Positions 15,714 to 30,593 are shown, numbered from the stretch's first letter. The stretch: 64,000 nt of DNA from Piromyces finnis finn (GCA_002104945.1 MCFH01000024.1:434001-498000); one strand, 5' to 3'. Translations and numbers: made by a program. The notes: a model not told the origin generated them from the letters alone.

Positions 15714-17189
15714 ATGGCTACTTCTAATACATGCCATCATAAACGAACTTATTGAAAAAAATAAAACTTCTGAACTAATAGATTATTTAAAAAACAATAA
15801 TATTGATTATTCTTTTTTTAATGATAATGAATATATAATCGAAGATCTAATAAAAACAAAAAGATCAGAATTATTAGAGGTTATATTTGATACCTATCAA
15901 CTGAGTAATGATTTTATATTAAATTTATTAAATCTTTATAAAAATAAAAAATTAACTTTACTTAATTTAAACTCTTTGTTAGCAAAAGAAAATAATGAAA
16001 TAGTCATTACAGATAAAATGTATAGAATTGCTTTTGAAAATAATGATTGTATGGCATTAAAGGTTTTATTTGAAAATGACTATAACACTAAAATAAATTT
16101 ATTTAGAAAAATCATTAAATATAATTTATTTGAAAATTCTGTTAAAAGTAATGATTATAACTTTGTTAAGAAAGTATTAGACTATAAGGACTTTAGTTTT
16201 AAATGCTTAAAATATGAAAAATTCTTAATAAAGCCATTAATAACAACAAAGATTTTATTTCCAACTTTACTGAAGAAAACATTCCAAAACTACTTATTAA
16301 ATCTCTTATTAAACCGCCATTCTCTGATTTTAAATATAAAAACTTAATATTAAATATGGTAATTAAAATGGGTGATTTGAACCTTGTTAAATATTTAATA
16401 GAAAATGAAGATTTTAAATATACAGCTGAAGGTATTAATACAAAAGATTTAAAAGAAAAGTATCCGATTATTGAAGCTCTTTCAACTAAAAATATTGAAA
16501 TTTTCGATTATTTATTAGAAAAGGGAGCTAATTACAATACGATAAGTAGAAATGGTGTTCCATTAATATTTTTAGCTATCTATAATAATAATGTTGATTT
16601 TATTTATTCTTTAATCAATGACGAAACTTGTGATAAAATTAATATTAATGGATACGATAGAAATGAATATACTCCATTGATTGCTTCCTATGTTAATGAC
16701 TCTACGGATATATTCAACTATTTATTAGAATATTCTGATATTAATAAAAAGGATAGAAATGGTCATAATATTCTTTATTATGCCATAGAAAAAAATGATA
16801 GAACAAATGTTGAGAATTTTATTAATATCGGTATTGAATTAAATAATGATGCTATTAATATTGCAATTGATGAATATGATGAATATATTATAAAATATTT
16901 ATTGGATTTCATTCCATATAGTTATCATAATGATATAGGTGAGCCTTTACTTACTGCTATAATAAATCATAAATCTAATTTATGTAAATATGAATATATT
17001 GAAATTCTTCTTAAAAATGGATATAATAAAAATATTAAAGATTGGAATGGAAGAACACCATTATGGCATGCTGAGCAAAAATATGACGATTACAAAAAAA
17101 GAAATTTAAATTATAACATCTATTGCAATATTAATAATAATACATATTACAAAATTATTCAACTTTTAAAAAAATATGGTGCTAAATAA
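15714..17189 (+). pseudogene. Intronless ankyrin-repeat gene with two frameshifts (pseudogene or assembly indels)
   Basis: ATG at 15714 goes out of frame by about 15735. The frame then runs IINELIEKN...YEK and shifts again near 16225 (the alternative frame continues KAINNNKDF...LNMVIKMGDLNLVKYL). The C-terminal ORF 16356-17189 has ankyrin motifs PIIEAL..KNIEIFDYLLEKGAN, TPLIASY and GRTPLWHA. Confidence 0.8.
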
Positions 17190-18563
17190 AATATATAAAT
17201 TTAATTTTAACTATAAAATTATATCAAAAAGCTTATTATATTATTTATAATAGTTACCTATCAAATAGTTTTAATTTTCAATTTAAAATATTTTAATTTT
17301 TATTTTTTTTTTTGGAAGCAACCAATGAATAATGAAATGTACCATTTTGATTTTTTAATTCTTTTTTAAAAAATAAAAAATGATACTTTTGCATATTTAT
17401 ATAAAATTGAATTAATGTAAAAATAAAAGAATAAAAGAATAATAAAAGCTATTTCATTTACAAAGCATTAAAATAAAAAATGTTATAAATTATGAATTAG
17501 TTATTAAATTATAATAAAATAATAAAAATAATAATTATATATTTTTTTAATATTTTGATTTTAATTTTATTTCTTTTTTAATTATTAACATCTTTTCATG
17601 TTTACTTGTATAGTTTAACATTGATGAACTTAGTTATTAGTTTCAATTGTCTTAATAATTAATATTAATAAAAATTTTTTTTTTCATATGAAATAATGAG
17701 GAATATTAAAATAAAGATATTTGTACTTTTAAAGTAATTTATTAATAATAATTCACAATATTAATCATCATCATCATCATTTTATAATATATATATATAT
17801 ATTTTTTTTTTCAAACTTTTTTCAAAAATAATTTTATTATATCTATTTTATCTATTATAAATTTACTATTAATATAAAAAAAAAAAAAAAAAGTTAAAAA
17901 AATAGTTGCATATATTTTCCTTTAAATGTATATGTACAATTATACTTTAAAAAAGAGTTTTTTTAAAAAATAAAAAAAAAAAAAAGTAACTAATAAAAAT
18001 AATAATATAAATATGAATACCTTTAAATTTATGGTAATAGGATTAAAAGAATAACAAATAAGTATTAAACCACTAAAAAAAAAAAAAAAAGAATTTTTTT
18101 ACTGTATATTGAATGAATTAAATCAATTTTTTCTCCTCATTTTAGTTTGATCTGTTTTTACTTTTTTTTTTTTTTTTAATAATTGATTTTATTTTATGTT
18201 AGACTTATTCTACATATGAATGAACAATAATTAAATTAAATTATATATAAAATAAATATTAAAAATATACATTATATTATTTTTATTAGAGTAAAAAAAA
18301 AATACAAATACAAAATACTGATTTCTTATTAGATGATGTGAGTAAAAAAAAAAAAAGAAAGAAAGAAAGAAAAATAATTCTAGATATTATATGAATATTA
18401 TAATATTAATATTAATAAAATAAAAAATAGAAATTGAAATAAAAAAAAAAATTTTTTTTTTTTTAATTTTTTCTTTTTTTTTTTTTTATTAATTATAATG
18501 ATAAATTTAAATAAAAAATGAAAATGAAAAATAAATAATAGGTGAGTAGGGTGTTTAAATTAT

Positions 18564-20251
18564 CTATAATTCCATATCATCTTCAGATTGTTTAACTAAT
18601 TCTTTAACCATTTGTTTAATTTCTTTAGCTGATAAGAATTCTGAATTTTTGATGGCATTTGATAATAAAATTGTATTTGATATATCAGCAGTATTAAGCC
18701 AAACTCTACCATTCATACCAATAGCAGTTTCAAAAGCAAAATGTTCACCCAAGGCAGTCAAAATTGGTGTATTTGGATTTAATAAACTAATTTAGGTTAA
18801 TTATTATTTTTATTCAATTAACCGTAATTATAGGGTTAAATAAATTTTTTCCAATATATATGTTAATTGAGATTTAGATTTCAAATATTAAATTCATTTA
18901 AACAAGTGTATATATATATATTATAAAAAAAATTTTTTTTTGATATTATATATTTTATATTGTTATAGCATTATTAATTTGAATTTGGATCATTATTTAT
19001 CGTATAAATTGTTTTATATTGATATATAAATATTTGTTAATAATATTTATTGATTATTAGAAATGGGTATGAATATTATAGTATATATTATATATAAAAA
19101 GAAAAAAAAAAGTTTAAAAAAATATTATGCGTTAATTTTATGAACCTTTATACAATAGTTTACATTATTTATTCTATTTAATCTAATTTTATTTTAATTT
19201 ATATTTATAGAATAGTAATCTAAGATATTAGAGTAAAAAAAAATTTTTTTTTCTGTGAATTACCTTCTACATAAACCTAAAGAACATTTAATAAGAAAAC
19301 CATTTTTCAATTCACCAAAACCATTTGCCTTTCCTGTAGTAGCTGATATACATTCTAATTCTGGTTCCATATCCTTATTAGCTAATGAAACTCTAGCATA
19401 AACTAAAGCACCAATCTAATTAACACAATGAATTTTGATAATATTTAAAGATATATATTAATATTAGATAATAAATGTATTTCTTTTTTTCAACTATCAT
19501 ATTTATCAATAGATATATATATTTTTTTTTTTTTTTGGAAATTAAAATTTTAATATTTATGTCTCTATCTATTTATATAGATTAAATAGGTATTTTTTTT
19601 TTTTTGTCGTAAAAGTATTTACTTCTAAATTTGGCTTATTTCTTTTGGTAGCACCTTCAAAAGCTAAAGTAGATAACAAAGCGGAATGAGCACTACCGAT
19701 ATCAACTCTGAAATAATCTTGAGTTTTAGCAATAATTTTTCCAATGACATGTTCATTTAAAGATGGAACATACTATTTAAATATAAAATAAAAAGGTAAA
19801 TTTAATAATTTGAAATTTGAAATTTATAAATTAAGAAAAAATAAAATGTAAATGATGATTATTATCATTCTGTGTATATAGTGTATATTCCTGAATATAT
19901 ATATATAAATAAATTGCTTATTTTATTTTATATTTTTATTTATTGTTTTGGTTTTTCTTTTATTCTTTGATTATTTTGATTTTGATTTAGGCCAAGAAAT
20001 TTTTTCGAAATAAAATTAATGAAATCCATAAAATCAGATTTCATTTCTTTATATATATAATTATTATAAATAAAATGATTTCTGTTTAATTTTAATTTTT
20101 ATAACGATTTTTGATATCTTGCATAAAAATGTTATTTTGCTGATTTTGATATTTGACACATTTTCCCGAAATTTACAATAAAAAAAAAGTGTTGTTATAT
20201 CATCTTTTTTTTTTTCCCTCTCTTTTCTTTTAGTTTTATTACATTGAATTG

Positions 20252-20298
<47 letters not shown>

Positions 20299-20591
20299 AT
20301 AATTTGAATACAATTTATATATATATATAAAGGAATAAAAGACCAATTGAAAATAAAAGATAGGAAGAAAGAGAAAAAAAAAATAGTTACTCTTCTTTGT
20401 GAACTATCAATCCACCATTTTTGATTATTATAATTTTTTAAAGTACCAGCTTTCATTGCTGAAATTTGATGTTTTTCGTGTAATAATCCTGGACCAATTT
20501 TTATAACATCTTTTTCATTTTTATATTTATCTAATGAAACAGTTTCTCCTGGTAATATAGTATAAGGTTTAAATTCCTCAGTTTCTGACAT
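18564..20591 (-). CDS. RRP40: Exosome complex component Rrp40, 4 exons
   Basis: LPGETV...IGPGL, WWIDSSQRR|YVPSLNEHVIGKI, LAFEGATKRNKPNLE|IGALVYARV, EPELEC, and FETAIGMNGRVW (KH domain). Confidence 0.95.
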
Positions 20592-21391
20592 TTTTTTTTT
20601 TTTTATTTATTATTTCTATTTATTTAAATGGTATCTATATACAAATAATTTAATATTACAATAATTCTATTATTATTATTATTAAAAAAAAATTATTAAT
20701 AAACCTTTATTATTTTAAAAAAAAATGTTTTTGTTAAATTTTATTGTTTTCTAGAAATATGATTGGTCTAGAATTTATACTAAGTGAACTAATAATTATA
20801 TAAAAAATTTCAAGAAATTTTAATTATTTAAAATTATAATTAAAATATTAAAAAAAAAAAAAAAAAGGTATATCAAAAGTATAATATAAAAGTTGTTGAA
20901 ATTCGTAGAGAAAAAAAGCATTTGTCATTTAAAAGGTAAATATTAAAGATATTAAGTATTAAGCATTAAAAAAAAATAAATATACTTTTATATATCTATT
21001 GATAAGTTTCACTTTTATTTTTTTTTTTGAATCTTCTACATTAAAAAAATTTGATATTTTAAAAATTTGTTGTAACAAAAAGTCTTTTTAAACCACAATA
21101 ACAACAATAAAATAATGAAAAAAGAAAAAAAAAAAAGGAGAAAAGAGAATATTTTTTTTAAAGATAGTGGTAAAAATTTTCGATACATAATACTGGTAGC
21201 ACAATACCAAAAACAGTAATTAGAACTGAAAAGGTTTTACAAAATACTGAAAAAAAACATCATCAAGATATTTTGACCAGGCTATTATTCAACATTATAT
21301 TTAAAAATAATAACAAAATATAATAAATACTATTGGAGTTATGTCACCAATGAAGAAATATGCAATTTAATAGTTTAATTAAAATAGTAAT

Positions 21392-21805
21392 AGAAAAGGT
21401 GCGCCGTATTTTTGAGATGGGGGATTTTGGACCCATCCCATTTTAAAAATGAGAAGTATTTTTCCTTCATTTGTAGATGACCCAGATAATGCTCTATTAT
21501 GGAAAATTCATATATCATAAATGGATCAAGATACCAAAATAAAGGTACTTGTAAGTCATGCTACTACTAATGAACGATGTACTTTTAATTTATTAGAAAT
21601 TTTGGCTTCCTATGCTACTGGCGGGGTTAAAGATTTAAATAATAGATTAAAAGAGAGCTAAAAATCAACCAACTCTTTATACCTATGGTTTACAAAAGAA
21701 ATGAAAGAAAGAAAAATAGATGATCCTTATGTCAAAATTAAACTTGGCATTATTAAAATAAGTCCACCAGTTAGTATTCCTAATTATATTGTCAACTTTC
21801 AATAG
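21392..21805 (+). pseudogene. Possible decayed coding relic of unknown origin
   Basis: More GC-rich than the flanking intergenic DNA. One frame of 138 codons has only 4 stops (GFWTHPILKMRSIFP...LLWKIH...IKVLVSHATTNE...SLYLWF...). No family could be assigned with confidence. Confidence 0.3.
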
Positions 21806-22493
21806 GATAATTCCTATCCTCCTTTTAGCAAAGTTTTGTAAGAAACATTGTATCATACCTCAAGGTATATTGATAGTTATTCAAAATGAAATCATTCGAA
21901 AAATTCCATAAAGGAAATGTAGGATGATCAATTTATTTATCATCTATTTTCCAATAGATAATAGCCACCATTCCTACACCTCAGATTTATTTAAAAAAAA
22001 ATAAAGTCTATTTTTTTTTTTTTTCCCATACAGGATTTGTTATGCCATGAATGATGAAATGAAAAAGATATTTATAAAAATATGAAAAGATTGTACTAAA
22101 TTATTAAAAAATAATTCAATCATTTTACTTATAAGCTGTGATGTCGCCTCCTTTAGTGCAAATATGAAACAGGGGAAGCAAATTTCCCCTAAAAGTTATC
22201 CCCATCCATTAATTCATCTATTTGCATCTCATTTTAAGTAGAGTTGGCTTAGACTATATTATCATGTTCATGTTCAGATCACTAAATCCTGTCTTTATGT
22301 ATTAGTCCTGTCTTTGTAGTTTTCATAATAAGAATCTATTTTCATTTATATTTACTCAACTGTAGAATAGTCCAGAAGGTTTCTTTGAATGTGTTAAACA
22401 TACGTCATTATTAAAATATTATAATTTTTTCGTCAATGATACTACCGAATAACAAAAGATGTCTCTTTCTGCCATCAAAAAAATATATATATC

Positions 22494-22525
<32 letters not shown>

Positions 22526-23248
22526 AATAAATAATAATAATAATAATAATAATGACGTGTAATTCTAATTTTATATATAAATAAAAATGAAAAAAATAAA
22601 ATAAACACAATAAAATGGATATCATTATTTTTTACATACATATTTAATTATAATAAATAATTTTTATTATTATTAATAATGTATATTTATATTATTATTA
22701 TGTTATGATATTTTATTATTATTTTGGTAGATTCTCTATTTTTTTTTATCTTGTATAAATGAATGATTTATATGATTTTTCATATTTTAAATATTATCTT
22801 GATGAATATTTATCATGATATAATTTATATAATACATGAAAGATGGCTTTAGAATAAAATTTTGTTTTTGTATTTGATATATATAATTATTATTATTTAA
22901 TTTTTTTTTTTTTTCTAAACTTTTAACTTTTATATTTCTCTTTTTAATTTTTTTTTTTTTTACAATAAAATTAAAAAGAAACAGATTATTATAATTATTA
23001 TTATTATTATTATTATTATAATTTTTTTAAAATTAAAAAAAAAAAAATAGATTTACAATATAATAGATTTTTATTATAAATAAATATTAATAAAAAAATT
23101 TTTAATTTTAGAAATAATTTAAATTAATTCTTTTTGTTTTTATTTCCTATTTAAATCTTAATAAAAAAAAAAAAAGATAGTGTATTTCTTTCTATTGTTT
23201 ATATATATTTGGTTATTTGATAATAATTAAAAAAAAACTAAACTAAAC

Positions 23249-24506
23249 TTACTCTTCCTTAACATTTATATCTTTATTTATAAATGGTGATGGAGATGGT
23301 GAACGAGTAATTGGTCTTCCTGCATTTGGTGGGGTACGAAGACGGTTAACAACATTGATAGCAATAACAGCCCTACGGAATTTCTTTTTAAGATTATCAC
23401 GAACAGTTGGTAATAAATCGACAGCTTCAGCTGGTTTACTAACAATCCATTCATGTTGTAAAGCTTGATGAGCGGTTAAACGTTTTTCTGGGTCAACAAC
23501 AAGTAATTTTCTAATGAAATCTTTAGCATTTTCAGAAATTCCAGTCCAGAATTCTTCTGGTTCAAATTCATAATTACAGTGAACAATATTGTTATTTTCT
23601 TCTGCAACAGTTTCACCAGAGAATGGACAATAACCAGAAAGAATAATAAAGGTAAGAACACCAATAGCCCACATATCAACTGGCTTTCCGTGTCCTTTGT
23701 GTAAAATGATTTCTGGAGCCATGTAACCTTGAGTACCACAAACGGTTTGAAGCATTCTATCACTATCATTATTAATAAATCTAGATAAACCGAAATCGGC
23801 AATAACAATTTCACTATCTTCAGCCTTGGTTCTGAACATAATGTTTTCAGCCTTAATATCACGGTGTACAATGTTGTTATCGTGTAAGTAAGCAATTCCT
23901 TCTAAAACTTGTTTAATAACATGAATAGCATCTTTTTCATAGAAAGTACCTTTTTGGTATAATCTTTCAAAAAGTTCACCACCTTCACATAAATCCATAA
24001 TTAAATACCCTATTTTTTTTTTAAAAAAAATAGATATATATTTCTATTTAATGAAATGTTAAAAAAAAAAGTTTCCTAACAATATACCTTATACATACAA
24101 TTTAATGGGGTTTCAAAGTAACTGTGAAGAGTAACTAAATTTGGATGAGCCATAGAAACTTTCTTTAAAATATTAAGTTCATTGATGAAAAACATTTCCT
24201 TTCCAGCCATAAATTCCTTATTTATAACCTTGGCAGCAAATTTTTTACCAGTTTCAATCTTGAAAAAAATACAATAAATATTCATTAATATATATTTATC
24301 ATTAATATATATTTATCGGGAAAATCCTCCTCCCGAAATTTCTATTTCTATTAAACTATTAAAAAACTTACCTCAATAGCTTCCTTAACCTTAGCATATG
24401 AACCTTGACCAAGGAATTTACCAGTACGGAATGGACATGGTAAAAGTGGTGGAGCGTTATCAGCTGGCTTAGAAATAACAACAGATGGTGGATTAGCAGT
24501 AGCCAT
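23249..24506 (-). CDS. Ca2+/calmodulin-dependent protein kinase (CaMK1/Cmk-like), 3 exons
   Basis: LGQGSYAKV, FAAKVI, MDLCEGGELF, HRDIKAEN, DFGLS, CGTQGYMAPE, DMWAIGV and a basic CaM-binding-type tail KKKFRRAVIAINVVNRL. ATG at 24506. Confidence 0.92.
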
Positions 24507-27500
24507 TATTTTTAAATGATTATTCAAATTAAAAAGTTCTAATTAAAATGTTCTTCTATTAAAAGTAATGTTTGATTTGAAGGTAATTAATATTAATTAA
24601 TAAATTAATCTATTTAAAAAAATATAGATATATAAATATATATATAATAATTGAAATATTAGTTGTTATTCATATAAAATCTTTAATGGTTCATATTATT
24701 CATATTCATTCATTTCATTTAATTAGATTATTATTATATGTTGTTATATTATTATATTTATATATATTTATATTTATATTTTTTGGTTTATTTAACTAAT
24801 ATTATTTATATTCAATTAATATACTAATAAAATATTTCTATCAACTTTTTATTGTACTTTTTCAGTGTATATATATGCACTTTATATTATATCCATATAT
24901 TGTTTATTCCCTGTATATACCATAATATTCCTTATATTTTCTGTCTTTACATTTCTTATTTAATATTCATAATAGTATACATTATTTATTATTTAATTTT
25001 TTTTAAAAAAAAAAAGTAAAAAAAACTAGTATAAAATGAATGGTAGTTTGATATTTACTTTCTTAATTTAAATGTATTTATCAATTGTTTTTTTTTTTTT
25101 CTTCTTTGAAATATAAAATAGGTTAAATAGGGAAAATAAGTGTATTTGTTTTTCTTTTCCCTTTTTTTTTTTTTTTATTCTTTGTATGTATTAAAACCTA
25201 TATTTAATATTTAAAATTGAGGTATAAAAAATAATTTCTTTGTATAAAATTATTTTTTTTACTTTCTACTAATGTGGATCTTTTTTTTTTTTTAAAAAAA
25301 AAAACTTTCTCTTTGATGTGTTCAAAAAAAAAAAAAATAAAAAAAAATAATTTGTATTTATATGGTAACCCGATTTATTTACTCATTCATTTACTTTTTC
25401 CTAATCCTAACAATTTTTTCATTTAAAATTTTATTAGGTAATATAATTATTCGATTTCATCATTAAAAAAAATTAATCTTTTATATTGGAAAGCAGTTAG
25501 AATTGGAAAGATGATATAATTTATTATACGGTTGAAATATTTACATTTATATTCATGTATATATTTATTATTTATTTATTATATATTATACAATATAGAA
25601 ATAATAAAATAAATAACTCAAACTTTGAATATTAAATTTTAATAAATTAAATTTTTTTTTGTGGTTTAATCGTTCAAAACTTTGATTAAATAAAAAATAG
25701 GTCAATATATTACAATCGATTTTAATATATTACCGCATTTTTATACCATTTAAATGATCACAAATATATTGAAATTAATTTTAATATATTACCATCTTTT
25801 TAAAAGAATCGAGACAATTCTACACCTATTCATATAGGAAATGTATACATTTTTAAATTAATGTATTCTATTTATTATTTATATAGTAATATAGATAGAT
25901 AGTATATTATTTAAAAATAAATAGATTATTATATTGTACAAAATAGATATCAATTTATTATAATATATTAATATTAATTAAATAGTTCATTAGGAAAATT
26001 TAACTTTATTTTTTTTTGAAAATTTAATTAATTAACCTAACATTTTAATATATAATATAAAAAATATAATATTAAATAGTATTGACAATATATTAAGGTT
26101 AAATCATTTACATTAAAACCTATAATATATTAAAATATAGTTGATAATATATTATGAATAAATTCAAAAAAGATTTGAAAAACTTTCTAAAAGTCAGGTC
26201 AAAAGGTGAAAAAGTAAATAAGGCCTTTGTTGTTGGTGTTAAAAAAGGCATGATTTTAAATAAAGACCGATGTAACATGGATGAGAGATGTGATATAAAA
26301 AAAAAAAGAAAAAATATACTAAACACAAAAAAAGAAATGAATTGTTTTATTAAAAAAAATATTTATGCATATTTCATGTCATTCAAAAAAAGGTCATTTC
26401 ATTATTTTGATTTTGATAATAATAAAAAAATTATCTTTTCCTTGAATGATTTTTAAAAGTTTCCATTTCAAATGATTTATCATGGACATGTCACAATAAT
26501 GATGATTATTATTATTTAATTAAAAAAAAAGTGACAGTAAATATTGAAAAATCAAATATTGTGTTTGTGGAGTGAGCAGTATAAAAAAAATGATAGAACA
26601 AACTAAGAAAAAAGTTTTCTACCACAAAATAATGCATCTTTATCCATTTTAGTATTAAATTAAAAACTTTTTTTATTATTAAATAAAAAAAAATGATTGT
26701 AATGTGACACTTTCTATTCATGACAACTCTTTTAAAGTATTACAATTCTATCAATTATACAATTATACCATTTAATACTATTATATTCGGTATTACAATA
26801 ATATATACTATTACAATTATTATAACTGTATCAGTTATTCAATTGTATCATTGAATGTTATCATTACAATTGTGTCAGTTATTCAATTTTTGAAAAGATA
26901 TTATTAAAAGGTATATTCAAAAAAAAAAAGGTGTAATGTTTTAACTATATGTATAATAGGTTAATTCGTCTAAATAATTGTTTATTTAAACTCTAATATT
27001 CTCTGTCTTACTGCCACTTTTACCATCATCATCATCATCATCATTCACCTAATTCTTTTTTTTTTTTTTTTATCACCCTAATGAATTAAAGTAGATTTAA
27101 AATTAAATAATCATTATTAGCGTTTTTTTTTTCTTTTTTAATAAAATAGAGTATCATTCATAGGTGACATTTTGGCAGTAAAAAAAAAAAGTGTGAATTT
27201 TTATTAATAAAAAAGTATCTTTTTCTTTACTTTTTAAATAATAATTAAATAAAATTTTTTAATTAAAAAAATTTTATTTTTGGAATTTTCACTGCTACTA
27301 AATTAGAAGCATCGTCGTTTCTTTTATAATAAAAAAAATGGTAATTTAATTAACAATTTAATTAATAGAAAAGGTGTAAAGATCTACGAATGTCATGAAA
27401 AAATAGTTTAAATGATTACCTCGTACTTTTATTTTTTTTTAACCAAAACTATAAATAACACTTTATTTGACATGAAAATTTTTAAAGTTTTTTTTTTTTC

Positions 27501-28140
27501 ACTTTTATTTTATATATATATAAATTTTAATAGTTTTAATAATCATAAAAAAATTTTATTAAAGAGAATAATAAAATAGAATCAACAACAACAATAACAA
27601 TAACAATCAATTTTTATAAATATACCTATACGCAATACACACATATTTTTTTAAAAAAAAATAAATTCACTACTCTATAAATATACTATTTCTATTTTTT
27701 TTTTTTTTTTTCAATATTCATAACAAATCTTTCCATATTCCCATATGACACCTTCTCTATTTACAATGACTTTTACATAATTGTATTACATTATTTCAAA
27801 TATAATTACATTATTTTCATTGTTGTACAAAATTTTTTGTCATACCATCCATTTATAGTAATCGTTCAGAAAAACAAAAAAAAGTGGAAAAAATAAGAAA
27901 TTAAATAATGATAATTAAAATTCATGAAAATTAAATTAAAAAAAATAAAAAAAAAAATATAATTTAAAAATATATAAAATTAGAAAAAAAAAAAAGAAAT
28001 TTAAAAGGAACAAAATGACATGCATGTAAGTATCATTTAAAAAAAGGTAAGTTTTTTCAATTTAAAATAAATAATAATAAAATAAATAATAATAAAATAA
28101 ATAATAATAATAATAAAAAAAAAACTATCAGGATCAAGGT

Positions 28141-28171
<31 letters not shown>

Positions 28172-29881
28172 ATTGATGTTTCACTACTCCACAATTTATT
28201 CATGAATATATAAATCAATAGAATTAATATGTAGTACAAATATATTAATAATTTAATATATAATAAATTAAAAGAATATTTGATAATATATTAATATTTC
28301 CTTAAAAATGATCCTTTTTAGAATTAATTAAAAAAAAATGACAAACAAAAAAATTTCATAATTAAAAATAAAAAAAATGACGAATAATTAAAAATGAGAA
28401 ATAATTAAAAAAAATGGAATAAAAAAAAAAAAAAAGTAATTTTTTAATTAAAAAATTAATTAATAAATATTTTTAAATTGAAGATGAGGATGGTCATTAA
28501 AAAAAAAAAAATTAAATGAAACATTTGAAACAATTAAAATGGAGAAATTTGAAATTTTAAAAAAAATAATTAAAATAACAATTGTAAGGAAAAAAAAAAA
28601 GGTAAATGGGCGTAATGACTAAAGAACTATTTCCTGTAAAGAATTTGAAAAAAAAAATGACATTGAAAATTAAAAAAAAAAAGATACTTTTAAATTTACA
28701 TATCCTAACCCATTTAGAGAATTTATGGTTAAAGAAATAATTTGGAAACACACAATTTTTAAAACACAAAAAATTAAAAAAACCAATGGAACACTTTTTT
28801 TTTTAAAAAAAAAAAAAAAAATTAATAGAATTAAAATCAATCAATACATTTTAAAAAAAAAAAAGTCAATTTTAATCTTTACATTTTAATGAAATTTAAG
28901 AATAAAAGTAATAGTATTTTATTAATATTTTAAATATAAAATGGAATAAAAAGATAAATTGGATAAAATAAATGGAGATAGAATATTAGTGAGAATTAAG
29001 GTTAAAATTTTTAAAACTAAATCTATAATTAAAAAGAAAAAGGCAATATTATAAAATTTTAAAAGAAACATTAGATAAATGGACAAAATTAATATAGGAT
29101 AAAAGAAAAAGTGGTCAATGAATGAAATAAAAAAAAATATTATTTTTTGCAATAATTATTTTTATTACAATATGTTTTTATTATTAATGAAATTTTAAAT
29201 TTAAGAATGACGAAAAAAAAAAAGTTTTTAAAAGGCAGGTAAATATAGAAATAAATCTTTAATAGACCATGGATTTAAAAACAAAATAGTACAGTAATAG
29301 TGACGTTAGAATATTTTTTACACGAGTGTATAGTCCCATTAATTTTGAAAAAAAGGTTTAGGTAAATGTTTCATTTGATTTAATTTTGTTGTTAGCTTAA
29401 CCATTTTATTTTGAAAAAGAAAAGAAAATCATATTAAAATGACGTTAAAAACATTTTGGAAACTTTAATTGTTACACAAAATTTTATTTTGGCATTTAAA
29501 ACTAGCAAAGAGAAAACAATACACATCTCTATAAAAGGAAATATATATATAAAAAACATACCAAATTAATAAGAAAGAAAAGGTATGACAAAATACAACA
29601 TTATAAAGGTATTTTTTTTTTTATTCTTTTATTTTTGATATTTTTTTTTTTGGTGTGTGTGTGTATATATATGTTTCTATAAAAAAAAACTTTTTGAATA
29701 ATTGGTAAATTGAAAAAAAAAATAATAGATATAAATATTAAAAAAAAAAGGATCAATGATACCACATTGTTTTGTTTGTTTAGTAAACTATATCTATTCT
29801 TTTGCAAAGAAAAAAGGTAGGTAGGTATTGAATTAAGAGAGAGTGGGTGAAATTTTGTATTGGGTGATAGGGGAATCCTAT

Positions 29882-30593
29882 TTAAGAGAATAATTTAGCA
29901 TACATGGCTTTTTCTTTCTTGGCTTGTTGTTGAATCTTGTAGTTGACAAGCTTAATAGCATTACTAATAGCCTTATCACTACCATTAAGTAATTCATTAG
30001 CCTTGGTGTAATCTTCTAAAGCTTCCTTAAAGTTATTAATACTTTCATTGGCTTGACCTCTACGGTAGTAGGATTTAGCCTTGAGAGCAACAGTAGAAGT
30101 TTCATGATCAATAATAGCATTACAATTTTCAATGACATCAGAACTCTTTTTTAATTTTAAGTAGGCAGCAGCAATGTTGGAATAAAGAACCATTCTAAAG
30201 TTATCGAATTCATTCATTAATGGATGAGCTGGCTTTTCAGCAGTTGGTTCTTCAAATAAGTATTCCATAATGTATCTCATGGACTATTATTATTTGAAAA
30301 TGGGATAAAGTAAATGGAAACAAATTAAAAATTGAGATTGTTGTTGTTGTTGTTGTTGGTATATGGAAATTCCATAGTAATGATATATTAAAAGAGTTGT
30401 TATTGTTGTTGTTATTGGTAAATAGAAATTTCATAGTAATGGTATATTAAAAGAGTTGTTATTGTTGTTATTGTTGTTGTTGTTGGTAAATGGAAATTCC
30501 ATAGTAATGGTATATTAAAAGAGTTGTTATTGTTGTTATTGTTGTTGTTGGTAAATAGAAATTCCATAGTAATGGTATATTAAAAGAGTTGTT

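Noticed and set aside
21410-21440. GC-rich 6-bp hairpin as a possible Helitron 3' end or terminator
   Set aside because: No downstream CTRR terminus and no matching 5' TC end identified.
26154-26456. 100-aa Lys-rich ORF; in another frame a KLSKSQVKR*KSK*GLCCWC*KRH string faintly like a gypsy gag zinc knuckle
   Set aside because: Multiple stops, incomplete CCHC spacing, and no adjacent protease/RT/LTR signal. Too weak to call.
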